From positions 1 to 30,404 of the IMG/VR virus record IMGVR_UViG_3300032250_000035: a stretch of DNA of 30,404 bases, one strand, 5' to 3'. Shown here piece by piece: positions 7,183 through 16,227 of this stretch. The position numbers were made by a program, and so were the translations under genes. The DNA is from a virus. Its lineage: Duplodnaviria; Caudoviricetes. The notes beneath the pieces were generated by a model that saw only the letters and a list, made by a program, of their open reading frames with translations, had not been told where the DNA came from and searched no databases. The stretch's first letter is position 1; each line of letters opens with the position of its first letter.

Positions 7183-7631
7183 TTGTTCTCTTTCTTCTTA
7201 GGTAAAGGCTTAACTACTGCCTTCACTTTGTTGATGACCTTTGGCTGAGGGAGCCAAGGGAACCAAGGCGAGGTGTCGTTACCGCACTCTTCCTTGATCG
7301 AAATATGTAGATGCTTATTGTGTGGGTTGCTACCGGTGTAGTCCTTGTTGCCATTCTTAATAGACCAGATCTTGCCCTTGAAGATTAAGTACTTCACACG
7401 TGGATCTGATTGCAGTTTAATAAAAGCAGATGCACAGTCAACGCCTCTTACTGGATCGTGTGTGATATCTACAGCAAAGCCTGAGTTGTGGTCGCTGTTA
7501 GGGTTCTGATGTACGTGTGCTGCGCTAGGCAGTAGCCCATCTGATGCTTTCTTTCGCTTAGGAAAGTGTGCAGTTGCTTGGCGCAATACTGCGATAGCAG
7601 CAGGGGTAGCCTTCTTTGCTAATGGAATCAT
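7179..7631 (-). CDS. Endolysin, Zn-peptidase (M15-like)
   Basis: SDHN..G.AVDI and H..HLHIS Zn-ligand motifs; lies between two membrane proteins. Confidence 0.7.
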   Translation of the reverse strand: MIPLAKKATPAAIAVLRQATAHFPKRKKASDGLLPSAAHVHQNPNSDHNSGFAVDITHDPVRGVDCASAFIKLQSDPRVKYLIFKGKIWSIKNGNKDYTGSNPHNKHLHISIKEECGNDTSPWFPWLPQPKVINKVKAVVKPLPKKKENK

Positions 7632-7825
7632 TATTTCTCCGCTATTAGTTTATATAGATCATCAATACGATCTTCAAGTCTTTTGACAGAATCTTTTAAT
7701 GAACCGCCACCATTAGGTTTAAGTTCATTCAGGTAGTGCTTAACCAGCCATCTGACTCCAGTAGCAAACCCGCCAACTATTGTCATTACTGCTACTGCTA
7801 CCGTTGCGTAGTCTTGTGCTTGCAT
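7631..7825 (-). CDS. Lysis-cassette membrane protein (one TM helix plus coiled coil)
   Basis: N-terminal TM, then LKPNGGGSLKD..RLEDRID. Confidence 0.7.
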   Translation of the reverse strand: MQAQDYATVAVAVMTIVGGFATGVRWLVKHYLNELKPNGGGSLKDSVKRLEDRIDDLYKLIAEK

Positions 7826-10008
7826 TATCCACCCGTCATAGAACGAACAGTAATTAAGCAGACACCGCCGTAACCGCTATATCTTTTATCGGTAGGGGTC
7901 TTGTTGATAAAGTCAATCTCTTCAACGATACCTGTGTAGCTTTCGCCAGTTCGGAAATCTTCAATGCGAATAGTATCTCCGCTTGATTCAACTCCTTCAA
8001 TAGATTTAAGTCTTTCATATGCAGACCCGTCATAACCAGATTTGTTGCCAAACTTATCTGATTCGCTATCGTATAAAGAACAAGGGTATTGAATCAAACG
8101 CTGGCGAGGAATAGCGGGAAGAATTTTAAGTTGGTACCCAGTAAAGATTGGACCAAGAGATGAGTTAAGTTCTGATCTAGAAAAAGTAAACTTGATACCT
8201 AGATATTCTTGAGCACCTACTGGATAAGAAATACCAATCTCACCAACCGCCGTACCCTGAGCGTAAGTTCCTAAACTATATTCAGCATTATTAGAAGCTA
8301 TGGAATTTACAGATATGCTGCCATTTGAGGTATCAAAACGCGGAAGTACAAACTTAAACAATTTGTTTTCTAGTGTGTTGTATCGAATAAAACCTGTGCG
8401 CATTATTCCTTCTGGAACTAATTCGCTTGCTGACTCTATGTATATAGTTCCATCTGAACCATTATATGCAGTACAAAATACTAAACGATTTGTATTACCG
8501 GAGAAAGAACAAGATGTTGTTACACGACCTGTTGTACTTGGATCATAAAGATCCCAAGCATAAGCGAACACAAGATTGGTACCTACCTGTGTACCAAGAT
8601 CCACGCGAGTAACGCCAGGATTGCCATCAACATTGGTAGTACACCATAGATACCTGTCAAATCCAGCTACGTCATAGACTGGTTGCTCTGATTCAAATAG
8701 CAAAGGGCCATAGGCTAAAGACCCATCTTGATCTGAAACTGCCGCTACTCGTAATCCTAGGCTAGTACCAATAGCCATATAGCCAAGGTAGTAATAGATA
8801 CGAAATACAATTTCACCAACAGGCAATTCGGCTGATGTTATAGCACTGGTCAGCGTAGGCATAGCACCCGTTGCGGTAAGGGTAAACTTGTAGATGTTTG
8901 ACTGGATACCACCATAGCCTGCAACGTAGATTGCTGCACCGCTTGAGGTGATACTGGTATATATGTGGTCTGGGTCATTGTGTGAATAGACCGCAGCAGG
9001 TAGTGAAGTTGCTGTTGTAGAGAACTCATACACCTTGTCGTTAAGGCACATAATGATACGTTCTTTGGTGTATTCCATTACAGCGTTGACTGCCACAAGA
9101 CTGTTAACAGTAAACATCAAAGTATCTGCTGTGCTTGAATCGCCAGTAAGTGATTTCTTAAAAACGTGTACCTTATTAGAACCACCAGAAACCTTATTGG
9201 TTACCCAGTAAGCAAAGGTTCCGTCATCGCAGATAGCGTAAACGGGTTCTTCTACACCAGAAGTGTAATCAATAAAGTGGGTAAGTTTTCCACCCACGTC
9301 AATCTTGTCTACGTCGTACTGATCCCATAAAAGGACAGAGTCCTGAGTTACCGATCCGCGAGATGCTACTGATGTTACGTTACCTGCAGTCTTGGCATAG
9401 GAGATAGTCGTTGCTGTTACCGCAGTCAAGACGTAGGTACCGTTGAATGTCTCATTAATGTTGCTGATGTTTACGGTAGAACCAACGGTTAGCTTGTGGC
9501 TACCGATAGTCAGCGTTGCTACGTCAGATGTAAGCGCCCTGTTGGTAACAGTCCACGCTGGTCTAATAGAGCGCAGTATCTGAAAGGGACGTTTGTTTGG
9601 TTGCAAGTCCCCAGTAGTAAGATGAGTTTCGTCAATATTACGAAGCAGTGTTACTTGACCGCGTTCCCATATGTTGCAACCCTTGCTCCAGGTATACTGG
9701 AAGCGAAGCGATTCGTCTTGCTGTGGTTCAAAGAACTTAACGCCTTGTCCAAGATGAAAAGATGACTGTGAACGTAGCCACCAACCAGTGAGCGTTTGCT
9801 CACCAGGTTCTCTAGTCATATCAATTTGATTCTTACGGTACTGGGCAGTGACTCTACGGTGAGGTGTTTGATCGGATGAATCGAGGAAGAATGGTTGGCC
9901 TCCAATAGATATATCGTATGCAACGCCAGTTCGCTGATAAGTCTGGTTATTAACCGGATTACCGATAGCGGTTGGAATTGGCTCTGTGATCTGAGATCCG
10001 TATGCCAC
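7825..10008 (-). CDS. Tail nozzle/tubular protein B-like structural protein
   Basis: 727 aa, beta-rich propeller-like sequence, last tail gene before lysis; AAGGAGG RBS. Function inferred from size and position. Confidence 0.6.
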   Translation of the reverse strand: MAYGSQITEPIPTAIGNPVNNQTYQRTGVAYDISIGGQPFFLDSSDQTPHRRVTAQYRKNQIDMTREPGEQTLTGWWLRSQSSFHLGQGVKFFEPQQDESLRFQYTWSKGCNIWERGQVTLLRNIDETHLTTGDLQPNKRPFQILRSIRPAWTVTNRALTSDVATLTIGSHKLTVGSTVNISNINETFNGTYVLTAVTATTISYAKTAGNVTSVASRGSVTQDSVLLWDQYDVDKIDVGGKLTHFIDYTSGVEEPVYAICDDGTFAYWVTNKVSGGSNKVHVFKKSLTGDSSTADTLMFTVNSLVAVNAVMEYTKERIIMCLNDKVYEFSTTATSLPAAVYSHNDPDHIYTSITSSGAAIYVAGYGGIQSNIYKFTLTATGAMPTLTSAITSAELPVGEIVFRIYYYLGYMAIGTSLGLRVAAVSDQDGSLAYGPLLFESEQPVYDVAGFDRYLWCTTNVDGNPGVTRVDLGTQVGTNLVFAYAWDLYDPSTTGRVTTSCSFSGNTNRLVFCTAYNGSDGTIYIESASELVPEGIMRTGFIRYNTLENKLFKFVLPRFDTSNGSISVNSIASNNAEYSLGTYAQGTAVGEIGISYPVGAQEYLGIKFTFSRSELNSSLGPIFTGYQLKILPAIPRQRLIQYPCSLYDSESDKFGNKSGYDGSAYERLKSIEGVESSGDTIRIEDFRTGESYTGIVEEIDFINKTPTDKRYSGYGGVCLITVRSMTGG

Positions 10009-10025
10009 TTATCCTCCTTAAATTA

Positions 10026-11495
10026 TTATGAATATGTAGGTGTTGATGTTGTCGTGATATTTGTCGTTACCGAAACAGCAGCAGCAGTATCTGCTATGAT
10101 CGTTGATACGGAAGAAGCTCCCCCATTTGTGTAAGTTCCAACCCAATCAGAAGCAGTAGCAGATGAATTAGATGTAACCGTTATGGAACCTATAATTGAT
10201 TCCCAACTGTAAGTTTTGCCAACAGGCATATCTGTTGTTGTTTTCATTATTGGCGTGTGATTGCCATAACTATAAAAAGTCCATCCAGCTAAATAGATAT
10301 CATTGTCTTTAAGTACAATATTATTATTTTCAGAATACAAATATTGTACACTTGTACTAGGTGATGGGAGTTTGTAAGTAAAGAGATTAGAACTTTGTAA
10401 AACTCCGCTTGAATTATATTTAGTTAAAATCATTTGACCGCCAAAACCATCTGTGGTTCGGTTGTACCCACTTAAATAAACATTTTCGTTTGAGTCAACA
10501 GCTATACCTTTATAGCCATTGACTTGACCGTTGGGATCGGGCTGCTGGCCGAAGGTGCTTGTGTTATATTTAGACCAAATTAAAGTGCCGTTTGTATCAA
10601 TCTTAGAGATCCAAAAATAAATACCAGAAAGTCCAGATTGTTTTGTACTACCGGTTAAATACACTTTGTTATTTGTTTCATCTACATAAATAGCACCAGT
10701 TCGTACTTGACTACTGGTTGATCCGCTTGAATCAAGAAAAACTTTACTCCAAAGTAAGGTTCCAGAAGAGTTATATTTAGCAATATACGACCCAAACCCA
10801 TTAGATCCTGAACCTGGAGGAATGTACGTAGTGTAATTTCCGCTTATGTAAACATTGTCAGATGAATCAACATAACAAGAAGTTGCGCCACCTGCGCCAA
10901 ACGCGGAAGAAAAATTTGTATTTGTAAAACTTCTTTGCCATTGCAATACACCGGAAGAATTATACAAACCAACGATTGCTACTGATGTTGTAGTAACTGG
11001 GCCAGTTGCAACAAATCCTACAGAACCTGTAGATTTGCTAGCAGATACACTTCTTATCGTAATATAATTATCTGTTCCAGTTTGGACTGGGGATCTAGCC
11101 CAAGTTATATCGCCACTAGAATTAATTTTTACAACCATAGGTTGATATTGTGATGCAGCAAGTATATTAAATAATCCACCAACAACAATTCCACCACCTA
11201 CTGGATCTGGGGAACCACTGATAATTCTTGTGTTTCTAGCGGTTGTTCCAGAACCATCTTGAAGGCCTTTGTTTACGGTTAAAGATGAAAAATTAGATGG
11301 CGTTTTTACATACCAAGAAATTGTTCCAGCTCCAGGAACTGAAGAAGTAGTTGCAGCTGGACCGTATGACCAATAGTTATTATCATTATTTGATACTAAG
11401 CCAAAACACTGATGAGATGTTGGACCGATTAAAGTACCAGACGGTGAAGTACCAGACTGGTTTCTGCTTGCCAAAATCCCAAGGATAAGAGACAT
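10026..11495 (-). CDS. Putative receptor-binding protein with beta-propeller (SBBP-like) repeats
   Basis: Start MSLILGILAS at a TAATG overlap; repeats KYNSSG.L.W and VDSS.NVY.SG; Ser/Thr/Gly rich. Confidence 0.7.
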   Translation of the reverse strand: MSLILGILASRNQSGTSPSGTLIGPTSHQCFGLVSNNDNNYWSYGPAATTSSVPGAGTISWYVKTPSNFSSLTVNKGLQDGSGTTARNTRIISGSPDPVGGGIVVGGLFNILAASQYQPMVVKINSSGDITWARSPVQTGTDNYITIRSVSASKSTGSVGFVATGPVTTTSVAIVGLYNSSGVLQWQRSFTNTNFSSAFGAGGATSCYVDSSDNVYISGNYTTYIPPGSGSNGFGSYIAKYNSSGTLLWSKVFLDSSGSTSSQVRTGAIYVDETNNKVYLTGSTKQSGLSGIYFWISKIDTNGTLIWSKYNTSTFGQQPDPNGQVNGYKGIAVDSNENVYLSGYNRTTDGFGGQMILTKYNSSGVLQSSNLFTYKLPSPSTSVQYLYSENNNIVLKDNDIYLAGWTFYSYGNHTPIMKTTTDMPVGKTYSWESIIGSITVTSNSSATASDWVGTYTNGGASSVSTIIADTAAAVSVTTNITTTSTPTYS

Positions 11496-12286
11496 TAAGA
11501 TATATCTCCAATTACAGTAAATGTATTTGTCGCTCCATTTGTGCAAATAATTGAAGCAGCTGAATATTGAACTCTTGTTTTAGGAGCCGTAGCCACCACT
11601 CCATTAGAAGTGATAGTTACTCCAGCTCCTTGCGAAAATGTAATTTGTCCAGCAGCTATTTGTTGCACGTTAATGATATTTCCTGTTGTAAAAACAGAAG
11701 GTGGGATAGTAAAAGTAATTGCAGAACTATTTGATCCAGTAACAAATTTGCTCACATCTGATGCAACAAAAGTATAAGTTGTGCCAACTTGTGCGTTAAA
11801 AGCCATACCTGCAGAAGCAGCCCATTTAACACCTGCTGTTGTATCTGAATCAGCCACAAGGACTTGTCCATTTGATCCTACTGGAAGGTTATCAACTTGT
11901 TGTTCTGCAACAGCAACAATAATATCGCCCTTGGCTGTAGATAGAGTTCCTGGTGAAGTTTGATTAAACCAGTTAAGATCATCACTAGACAGAACGTGGC
12001 GAACTACCGCACCAGCAGAATGTATTACTCCGCTTGTGCCAGCCCTGCCTCGAACAATATTAAATGTATCACCAGATAAGTTTGTAATGAAAACAATTTC
12101 TTCGTTAATGGTTTCTGGGTCAATGGCTACGGCAAATGTCTTGCCAGTAGTAAGGGTAACGCCACCTAGTAAAGCCAATCCAGTACCTTCAGCTACTGTC
12201 ATAGTAGTAGCCGTAGCTGAAATTCCTCCAGCAACTAAGGTGGTATCAATACTTACTGAAGAGTATTCGCGAAATTGATAGGTCAT
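11495..12286 (-). CDS. Tail fibre proximal protein
   Basis: N-terminal EEIV...RGRAGT...H domain, AKGDII...LPVGSNGQVLVADS...GVKW repeat, C-terminal NAQVGTTYT...VIGDIS module. Confidence 0.7.
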   Translation of the reverse strand: MTYQFREYSSVSIDTTLVAGGISATATTMTVAEGTGLALLGGVTLTTGKTFAVAIDPETINEEIVFITNLSGDTFNIVRGRAGTSGVIHSAGAVVRHVLSSDDLNWFNQTSPGTLSTAKGDIIVAVAEQQVDNLPVGSNGQVLVADSDTTAGVKWAASAGMAFNAQVGTTYTFVASDVSKFVTGSNSSAITFTIPPSVFTTGNIINVQQIAAGQITFSQGAGVTITSNGVVATAPKTRVQYSAASIICTNGATNTFTVIGDIS

Positions 12287-12295
12287 TTGTTTTCC

Positions 12296-13198
12296 TTACT
12301 TTGTGTAGTGAACGCGAATTGGGAAGCGTTGCTGTAATTTATTGGCCTCTTCTTGTAGACGTTGTTGATATAAAGCAAAGGCGTACTTAGAGGAAGAAGC
12401 GCCTGCAGTCGAAGGTAGGCTTGCATCGTTGACATCAGCTTCGGCTGATGAAAGGTTGATACGACCAGTATCAAGATAGGAAAGCAAGCGGTAGCCTGCT
12501 CCATAAATTATTACGTCTCTGCAAGATTCCGGCAATCCAGAAACAGTAGCAAAGTTGTCAGATGGGTTCACAAGAACATTAGGGATTGTAGAATAAAAAA
12601 CTTGTACCGTACGGCCTGGCATAATCTTTTCGTACAGGTTAATTGTCTTGTTGGTAGCAAAGGCGTTGACGTTAGCCATACGATCATCTCGCCAGTTGTT
12701 TACCGGCAACCACTCACGGCTTGGGCCAACTGTTTGCCAAGAAACGTAAAGGATATCTCGTGCTTCAGATGGCAATGGATAAGCAACCTGTGCCGCATTA
12801 AAAGTAAATGTGGTTGACCCAACACCAAAGAGTCTTGGAAAAACAGAATTGATTGTGTCGTTTATGGCGTTCTTAATACTAAGTCTTGGAAAAGTTGGCG
12901 TAAGAGTTACTTGAGAATTTTCGCTGTGTGACGTTGCTGTTGTTCCATTATACCCACGACCAAAGCCTGGTATTGCGTTAAGCGTAAGGGTCTGCCGATC
13001 AAAGGAATTAACCCAGATAAGTTCTTCGTCAATTTCAATGATTCCTTTTGCAAGGTTTTCGGCTGAACCAATTTTAATATTTAGGTCGTCAGCATCAATG
13101 CCACCAATGTTGGCTAGGTTAGTTATGCGATCTTGACGAAGAGTGTAGCCGGATAGATTCGTTCTTACTTCATCTATCATCTGCTTAAATGTTGACAC
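12296..13198 (-). CDS. Tail adaptor/gatekeeper (tubular protein A-like)
   Basis: 300 aa; MSTFKQMIDEV start, AINDTIN, YPLP, and helical C-terminus of adaptor type; position upstream of the fibre genes. Confidence 0.6.
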   Translation of the reverse strand: MSTFKQMIDEVRTNLSGYTLRQDRITNLANIGGIDADDLNIKIGSAENLAKGIIEIDEELIWVNSFDRQTLTLNAIPGFGRGYNGTTATSHSENSQVTLTPTFPRLSIKNAINDTINSVFPRLFGVGSTTFTFNAAQVAYPLPSEARDILYVSWQTVGPSREWLPVNNWRDDRMANVNAFATNKTINLYEKIMPGRTVQVFYSTIPNVLVNPSDNFATVSGLPESCRDVIIYGAGYRLLSYLDTGRINLSSAEADVNDASLPSTAGASSSKYAFALYQQRLQEEANKLQQRFPIRVHYTK

Positions 13199-13249
13199 TT
13201 AGTTTTCCTCTACTTCGTTAATAGGAGCGCTTTGATTTGTTTTAGTCAT
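13199..13249 (-). CDS. 16-aa mini-ORF
   Basis: TAATG overlap upstream; its TAA abuts the adaptor GTG; MTKTNQSAPINEVEEN*. Confidence 0.35.
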   Translation of the reverse strand: MTKTNQSAPINEVEEN

Positions 13250-13551
13250 TATGAGTAAATTTCTCGCAAGGCGGCAGCTGGTTCAAGCCTTTGAGTTCCA
13301 GCCAAAAGGTTACAAATTCCTGCCATATCTTTCCAGTTTGAACGATCTGTTGAACCGTAGGTATAGATCATATTTAATAGGCCGACGGTATCGGTTATAT
13401 CGTTTGGGATATATCCAATTCTACGCAGAGCAAAAGCCTTAGCGGCTGCTGCCGTATCCTTGTAATCCTGACGTGAAGGATAGGAGGTGCCACCATTGAT
13501 AAGACGATTAAGTTCGTCTACTACTGTTGAGCCATCAAATCCGTATGCCAC
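13249..13551 (-). CDS. Hypothetical virion-region protein
   Basis: GAGGTAG RBS; ELNRL...GLLN...GICNLLAGT...AALR. Confidence 0.75.
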   Translation of the reverse strand: MAYGFDGSTVVDELNRLINGGTSYPSRQDYKDTAAAAKAFALRRIGYIPNDITDTVGLLNMIYTYGSTDRSNWKDMAGICNLLAGTQRLEPAAALREIYS

Positions 13552-13559
13552 CTACTACC

Positions 13560-13865
13560 TCACTTCTTCTTTGATTGATTACGCTTTGAAATGGCTGCTG
13601 CCTTCTTCTTTGCATCTGCTTTACTGGATGCACCCCACGCCTGTAGTGATAACAACAAGCGGGTTGGTTCTCCATTAGGCTTACGCTCTGGTCCTGCAGC
13701 GTTACCCATACGAGCAAGGAAGCTTGCTCTGCGTGGGTTGTCTCCAGACTTTACTGGCGGTTTAAGGTTACTGCCCTGTGCCTTAGCACTAGCACGACCC
13801 TTAGCGTTCAGACCACCCTTTGGGTTTTGTCCTTCTTTGCGTTGCCACGCTGGAGTCTTTGCCAT
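13560..13865 (-). CDS. Basic hypothetical protein (DUF6321-like)
   Basis: AWQRKEGQNPKGGLNAKGRAS...RRASFLARM...PTRLLLSLQAWG, a recurrent phage motif. Confidence 0.75.
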   Translation of the reverse strand: MAKTPAWQRKEGQNPKGGLNAKGRASAKAQGSNLKPPVKSGDNPRRASFLARMGNAAGPERKPNGEPTRLLLSLQAWGASSKADAKKKAAAISKRNQSKKK

Positions 13866-13867
13866 TG

Positions 13868-14047
13868 TTAGCCCATCTTCTTTCGCATACCCTTAACCTT
13901 TTTCAGATTAGGATTGGCTTTGACTGCTGCCTTCGAGGCTTTCCGAGCACCCGCAGCAAGAATCGCACCGGCACTTTCCTTGGAGACACCTTGCTTGGCA
14001 GCAATCTTCTTTGCTACTGCCTTGAATCCTGGATGTGCTTTCTTCAT
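13868..14047 (-). CDS. Small Lys/Ala-rich protein (59 aa)
   Basis: MKKAHPGFKAVAKKIAAKQGVSKESAGAILAAGARKASKAAVKANPNLKKVKG...; ATGA overlap. Confidence 0.7.
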   Translation of the reverse strand: MKKAHPGFKAVAKKIAAKQGVSKESAGAILAAGARKASKAAVKANPNLKKVKGMRKKMG

Positions 14048-14130
14048 CCTTGATCCTTTGGTGTTGCACCTGGCGCACCTGTTTCAATATCGTCGTATGT
14101 TGCGTATCCGCAACCGCAGTTAGCGCACAT
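14044..14130 (-). CDS. Cys-rich micro-protein (28 aa)
   Basis: MCANCGCGYATYDDIETGAPGATPKDQG*; TAATG and ATGA overlaps. Confidence 0.6.
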   Translation of the reverse strand: MCANCGCGYATYDDIETGAPGATPKDQG

Positions 14131-14294
14131 TACTTGCTCACCGATTTCTTTCCAGCGGAAAACTTTGCAATGTTTCCCTTTGTTGTTACTGTCTGTCCAC
14201 CTGCAGGCATTGAAGGAGTGATCCCACCCTTGTTTACTCTGTCGAATGGAACGAAGTCAGTAGATCGTGATTTATCGCCTGATTCTTTTTTCAT
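14130..14294 (-). CDS. Small basic hypothetical protein (54 aa)
   Basis: AAGGAG RBS before ATG 14294 (MKKESGDK...). Confidence 0.7.
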   Translation of the reverse strand: MKKESGDKSRSTDFVPFDRVNKGGITPSMPAGGQTVTTKGNIAKFSAGKKSVSK

Positions 14295-14307
14295 TTTATC
14301 TCCTTGG

Positions 14308-14688
14308 TTATATTTCGTTTCCGTTGAAAGCAACACCAGTATCATTACTGATACGAACTGCTGCATCAATATCTTTTTGTTTAGTCGAAACTGGTTCAAC
14401 CCCCTGACGCAAAGCGTCATAATAGGAACCTAATTCCTTGTCGTGCTGCTTGGCTGTCATCACTCCATCGTGACGAGTTTCCCCTACTGATAGTTGAAGG
14501 TTTTTTGCCTTGCATCCAAAGCAAGGATCTGAATCACAATGTGTATGATCAATAGATACTCGCTCCTCATCCTTAAAAGGAACTGGAGAGGTTTCATCGC
14601 ACAGGACACAACCATAAAGATTTACTGCAAATTCGTGTGACTCGGTAAATCCCCATTCAAGGACTTTTGTAATATGGCTACAATTCAT
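14308..14688 (-). CDS. Hypothetical Cys/His-containing protein
   Basis: CSH...CVLC and HTHC...CFGCK motifs; Y.DA.RQGVEP.ST. Confidence 0.75.
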   Translation of the reverse strand: MNCSHITKVLEWGFTESHEFAVNLYGCVLCDETSPVPFKDEERVSIDHTHCDSDPCFGCKAKNLQLSVGETRHDGVMTAKQHDKELGSYYDALRQGVEPVSTKQKDIDAAVRISNDTGVAFNGNEI

Positions 14689-14696
14689 TATTAACT

Positions 14697-15221
14697 TCAA
14701 TCTGCGTTAAGGAAAAGAACTAGGTCAATCGGTTGGCCCTGTGGTGAATGCGTGCTGGCTTCAGGGCTTTGCGATTTTACTCTTCCGTTATTGTTGGAGT
14801 TAGCACCTTCTGTGCTAGTTGTAATATCTCCCACCGTATAGCCACCATCAATAATGGCTAACTCGGCTTCGGCTTGTGGCATAAAGAAAAGATCTGGAAC
14901 TACCTTTGTAAGGTATTCTTCATACCCTGCATTAATTAAAATTTGTGCTGCTTCATCTGTAATAATATAGATACCACCGCCAAGATAATAGGCGTCTGCA
15001 TCTTGAAGAGTATTTTGATATGGATAGAGAGTTGCTTCGACATCTGTTCCATTTACGATCAACGTCATACCGCGAGCTATATCAGTAATAAACTTTGGGA
15101 TTTCCCCAGTATAAGTACCACCAATAATTGGACGCTGTGAAAGGCGACTGTACTTATCAGGCCAAGGCAGACCGGCACCCCAAGTTTGGTACTCCCAAGG
15201 CGTTATTAATTCGTACGTCAT
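14697..15221 (-). CDS. Head-region protein with C-terminal PASTA domain
   Basis: C-terminus VPDLFFMPQAEAELAIIDGGYTVG...GRVKSQSPEAST...PIDLVL matches the PASTA consensus (VPdl.G....eA...L...Gl......g.V.sQsP.aG......V.l). Confidence 0.75.
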   Translation of the reverse strand: MTYELITPWEYQTWGAGLPWPDKYSRLSQRPIIGGTYTGEIPKFITDIARGMTLIVNGTDVEATLYPYQNTLQDADAYYLGGGIYIITDEAAQILINAGYEEYLTKVVPDLFFMPQAEAELAIIDGGYTVGDITTSTEGANSNNNGRVKSQSPEASTHSPQGQPIDLVLFLNAD

Positions 15222-15235
15222 ATTTAACCTTTCCT

Positions 15236-15278
15236 AAGTGACAGAGGTGGGTTTGACCCCACCCCTGCCGTTGCACTT
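15236..15278 (-). terminator. Stem-loop after the major capsid gene (terminator without U-tract, or mRNA stabiliser)
   Basis: Minus strand GGCAGGGGTGGG-GTCAAA-CCCACCTCTGTC with G-U pairs; no poly-U. Confidence 0.55.
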
Positions 15279-15285
15279 ATCGGAA

Positions 15286-16203
15286 TTACGCGCCTGTTGC
15301 TGCAGATTCAATACGGTAGATAGCTGCCTGACGGAGCAATGAGAAGCCTCCGAAGTAGTACCAACCGATTGTGTGGAAACGACGCAATGCGTCAATCTGT
15401 GGACCAACAACTGTTGAAATGTCTTGTCCTTGTGCTTCTGCAAGCGCTTCACGTCCAGCAACAACTGCCTTGTAGACATTTGTTGAGCCGTTGTTTGTGA
15501 AAGGAACACGAGGTGTTTCAACAATATATGCGCCTTCAATTACGCCAACTGCACCAGCCACGAATGGTGTGCGGTCTACGTACTTTGAAAGCTCCTGGAA
15601 TCCACCAGTACCAGTTTCAGCACGAAGATCGGCTGTCTGGCGTGGGTGCATATATGAAGCGTAGAGTTCGCCAATGCGTGGAAGCGCCTTGTTTGTGCGA
15701 AGTTCTGTTACTGCCTGACGTACATAGTTGACAGACATCTTCTCGTTAGACTGGATAAATGGATCTCCACCTGCGTAGATGACGTTAGTTCCATTTGTAA
15801 GAACATTAGCAACTACAGAATCAATAGAATCTGCTGCGTTGTATGCAATGATATCAGCAAGAGCTGTATCAACGTCGTTGAAAGAAGTTAGGTTCAACTT
15901 CTTGGTTGTTGTAACTGCTGAACCATATTCAAGAAGTGTTACAGGAATCTGGTTTGGGTTGCCAAGGGCGATAGAGGATACATCGTTAGCCTCATTCAAA
16001 GGATCAACATTTGCGTTTAGATCCGAATAGATTGAGAAAACAACTGATGAACCTGGCATCGCCTGTTGTACTGGCTTTACATCAGCCAACGCACGCATAA
16101 CAGGGATTGAACGCAACGCCATACGGACGTATTGATCATAAGCTGTTCTGACGAGGTTGCTGATGGCGGTTGTGTCAGTTAAGACACCACTTGGAATTGC
16201 CAT
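15286..16203 (-). CDS. Major capsid protein (HK97 fold, N4-gp56-like)
   Basis: 305 aa; follows the scaffold gene; VTLLEYG, DSIDSVV, YMHP....DL, G.IEG...VETP, D.LRRF..IGWY motifs. Confidence 0.9.
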   Translation of the reverse strand: MAIPSGVLTDTTAISNLVRTAYDQYVRMALRSIPVMRALADVKPVQQAMPGSSVVFSIYSDLNANVDPLNEANDVSSIALGNPNQIPVTLLEYGSAVTTTKKLNLTSFNDVDTALADIIAYNAADSIDSVVANVLTNGTNVIYAGGDPFIQSNEKMSVNYVRQAVTELRTNKALPRIGELYASYMHPRQTADLRAETGTGGFQELSKYVDRTPFVAGAVGVIEGAYIVETPRVPFTNNGSTNVYKAVVAGREALAEAQGQDISTVVGPQIDALRRFHTIGWYYFGGFSLLRQAAIYRIESAATGA

Positions 16204-16227
16204 AGCGTTTAGCCTTTCGGTTGTAGG

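Noticed and set aside
15234-15539. Frameshift-extended capsid isoform via the overlapping ORF
   Set aside because: It would add only about 17 residues running through the hairpin, and no slippery heptamer is evident near the capsid stop.
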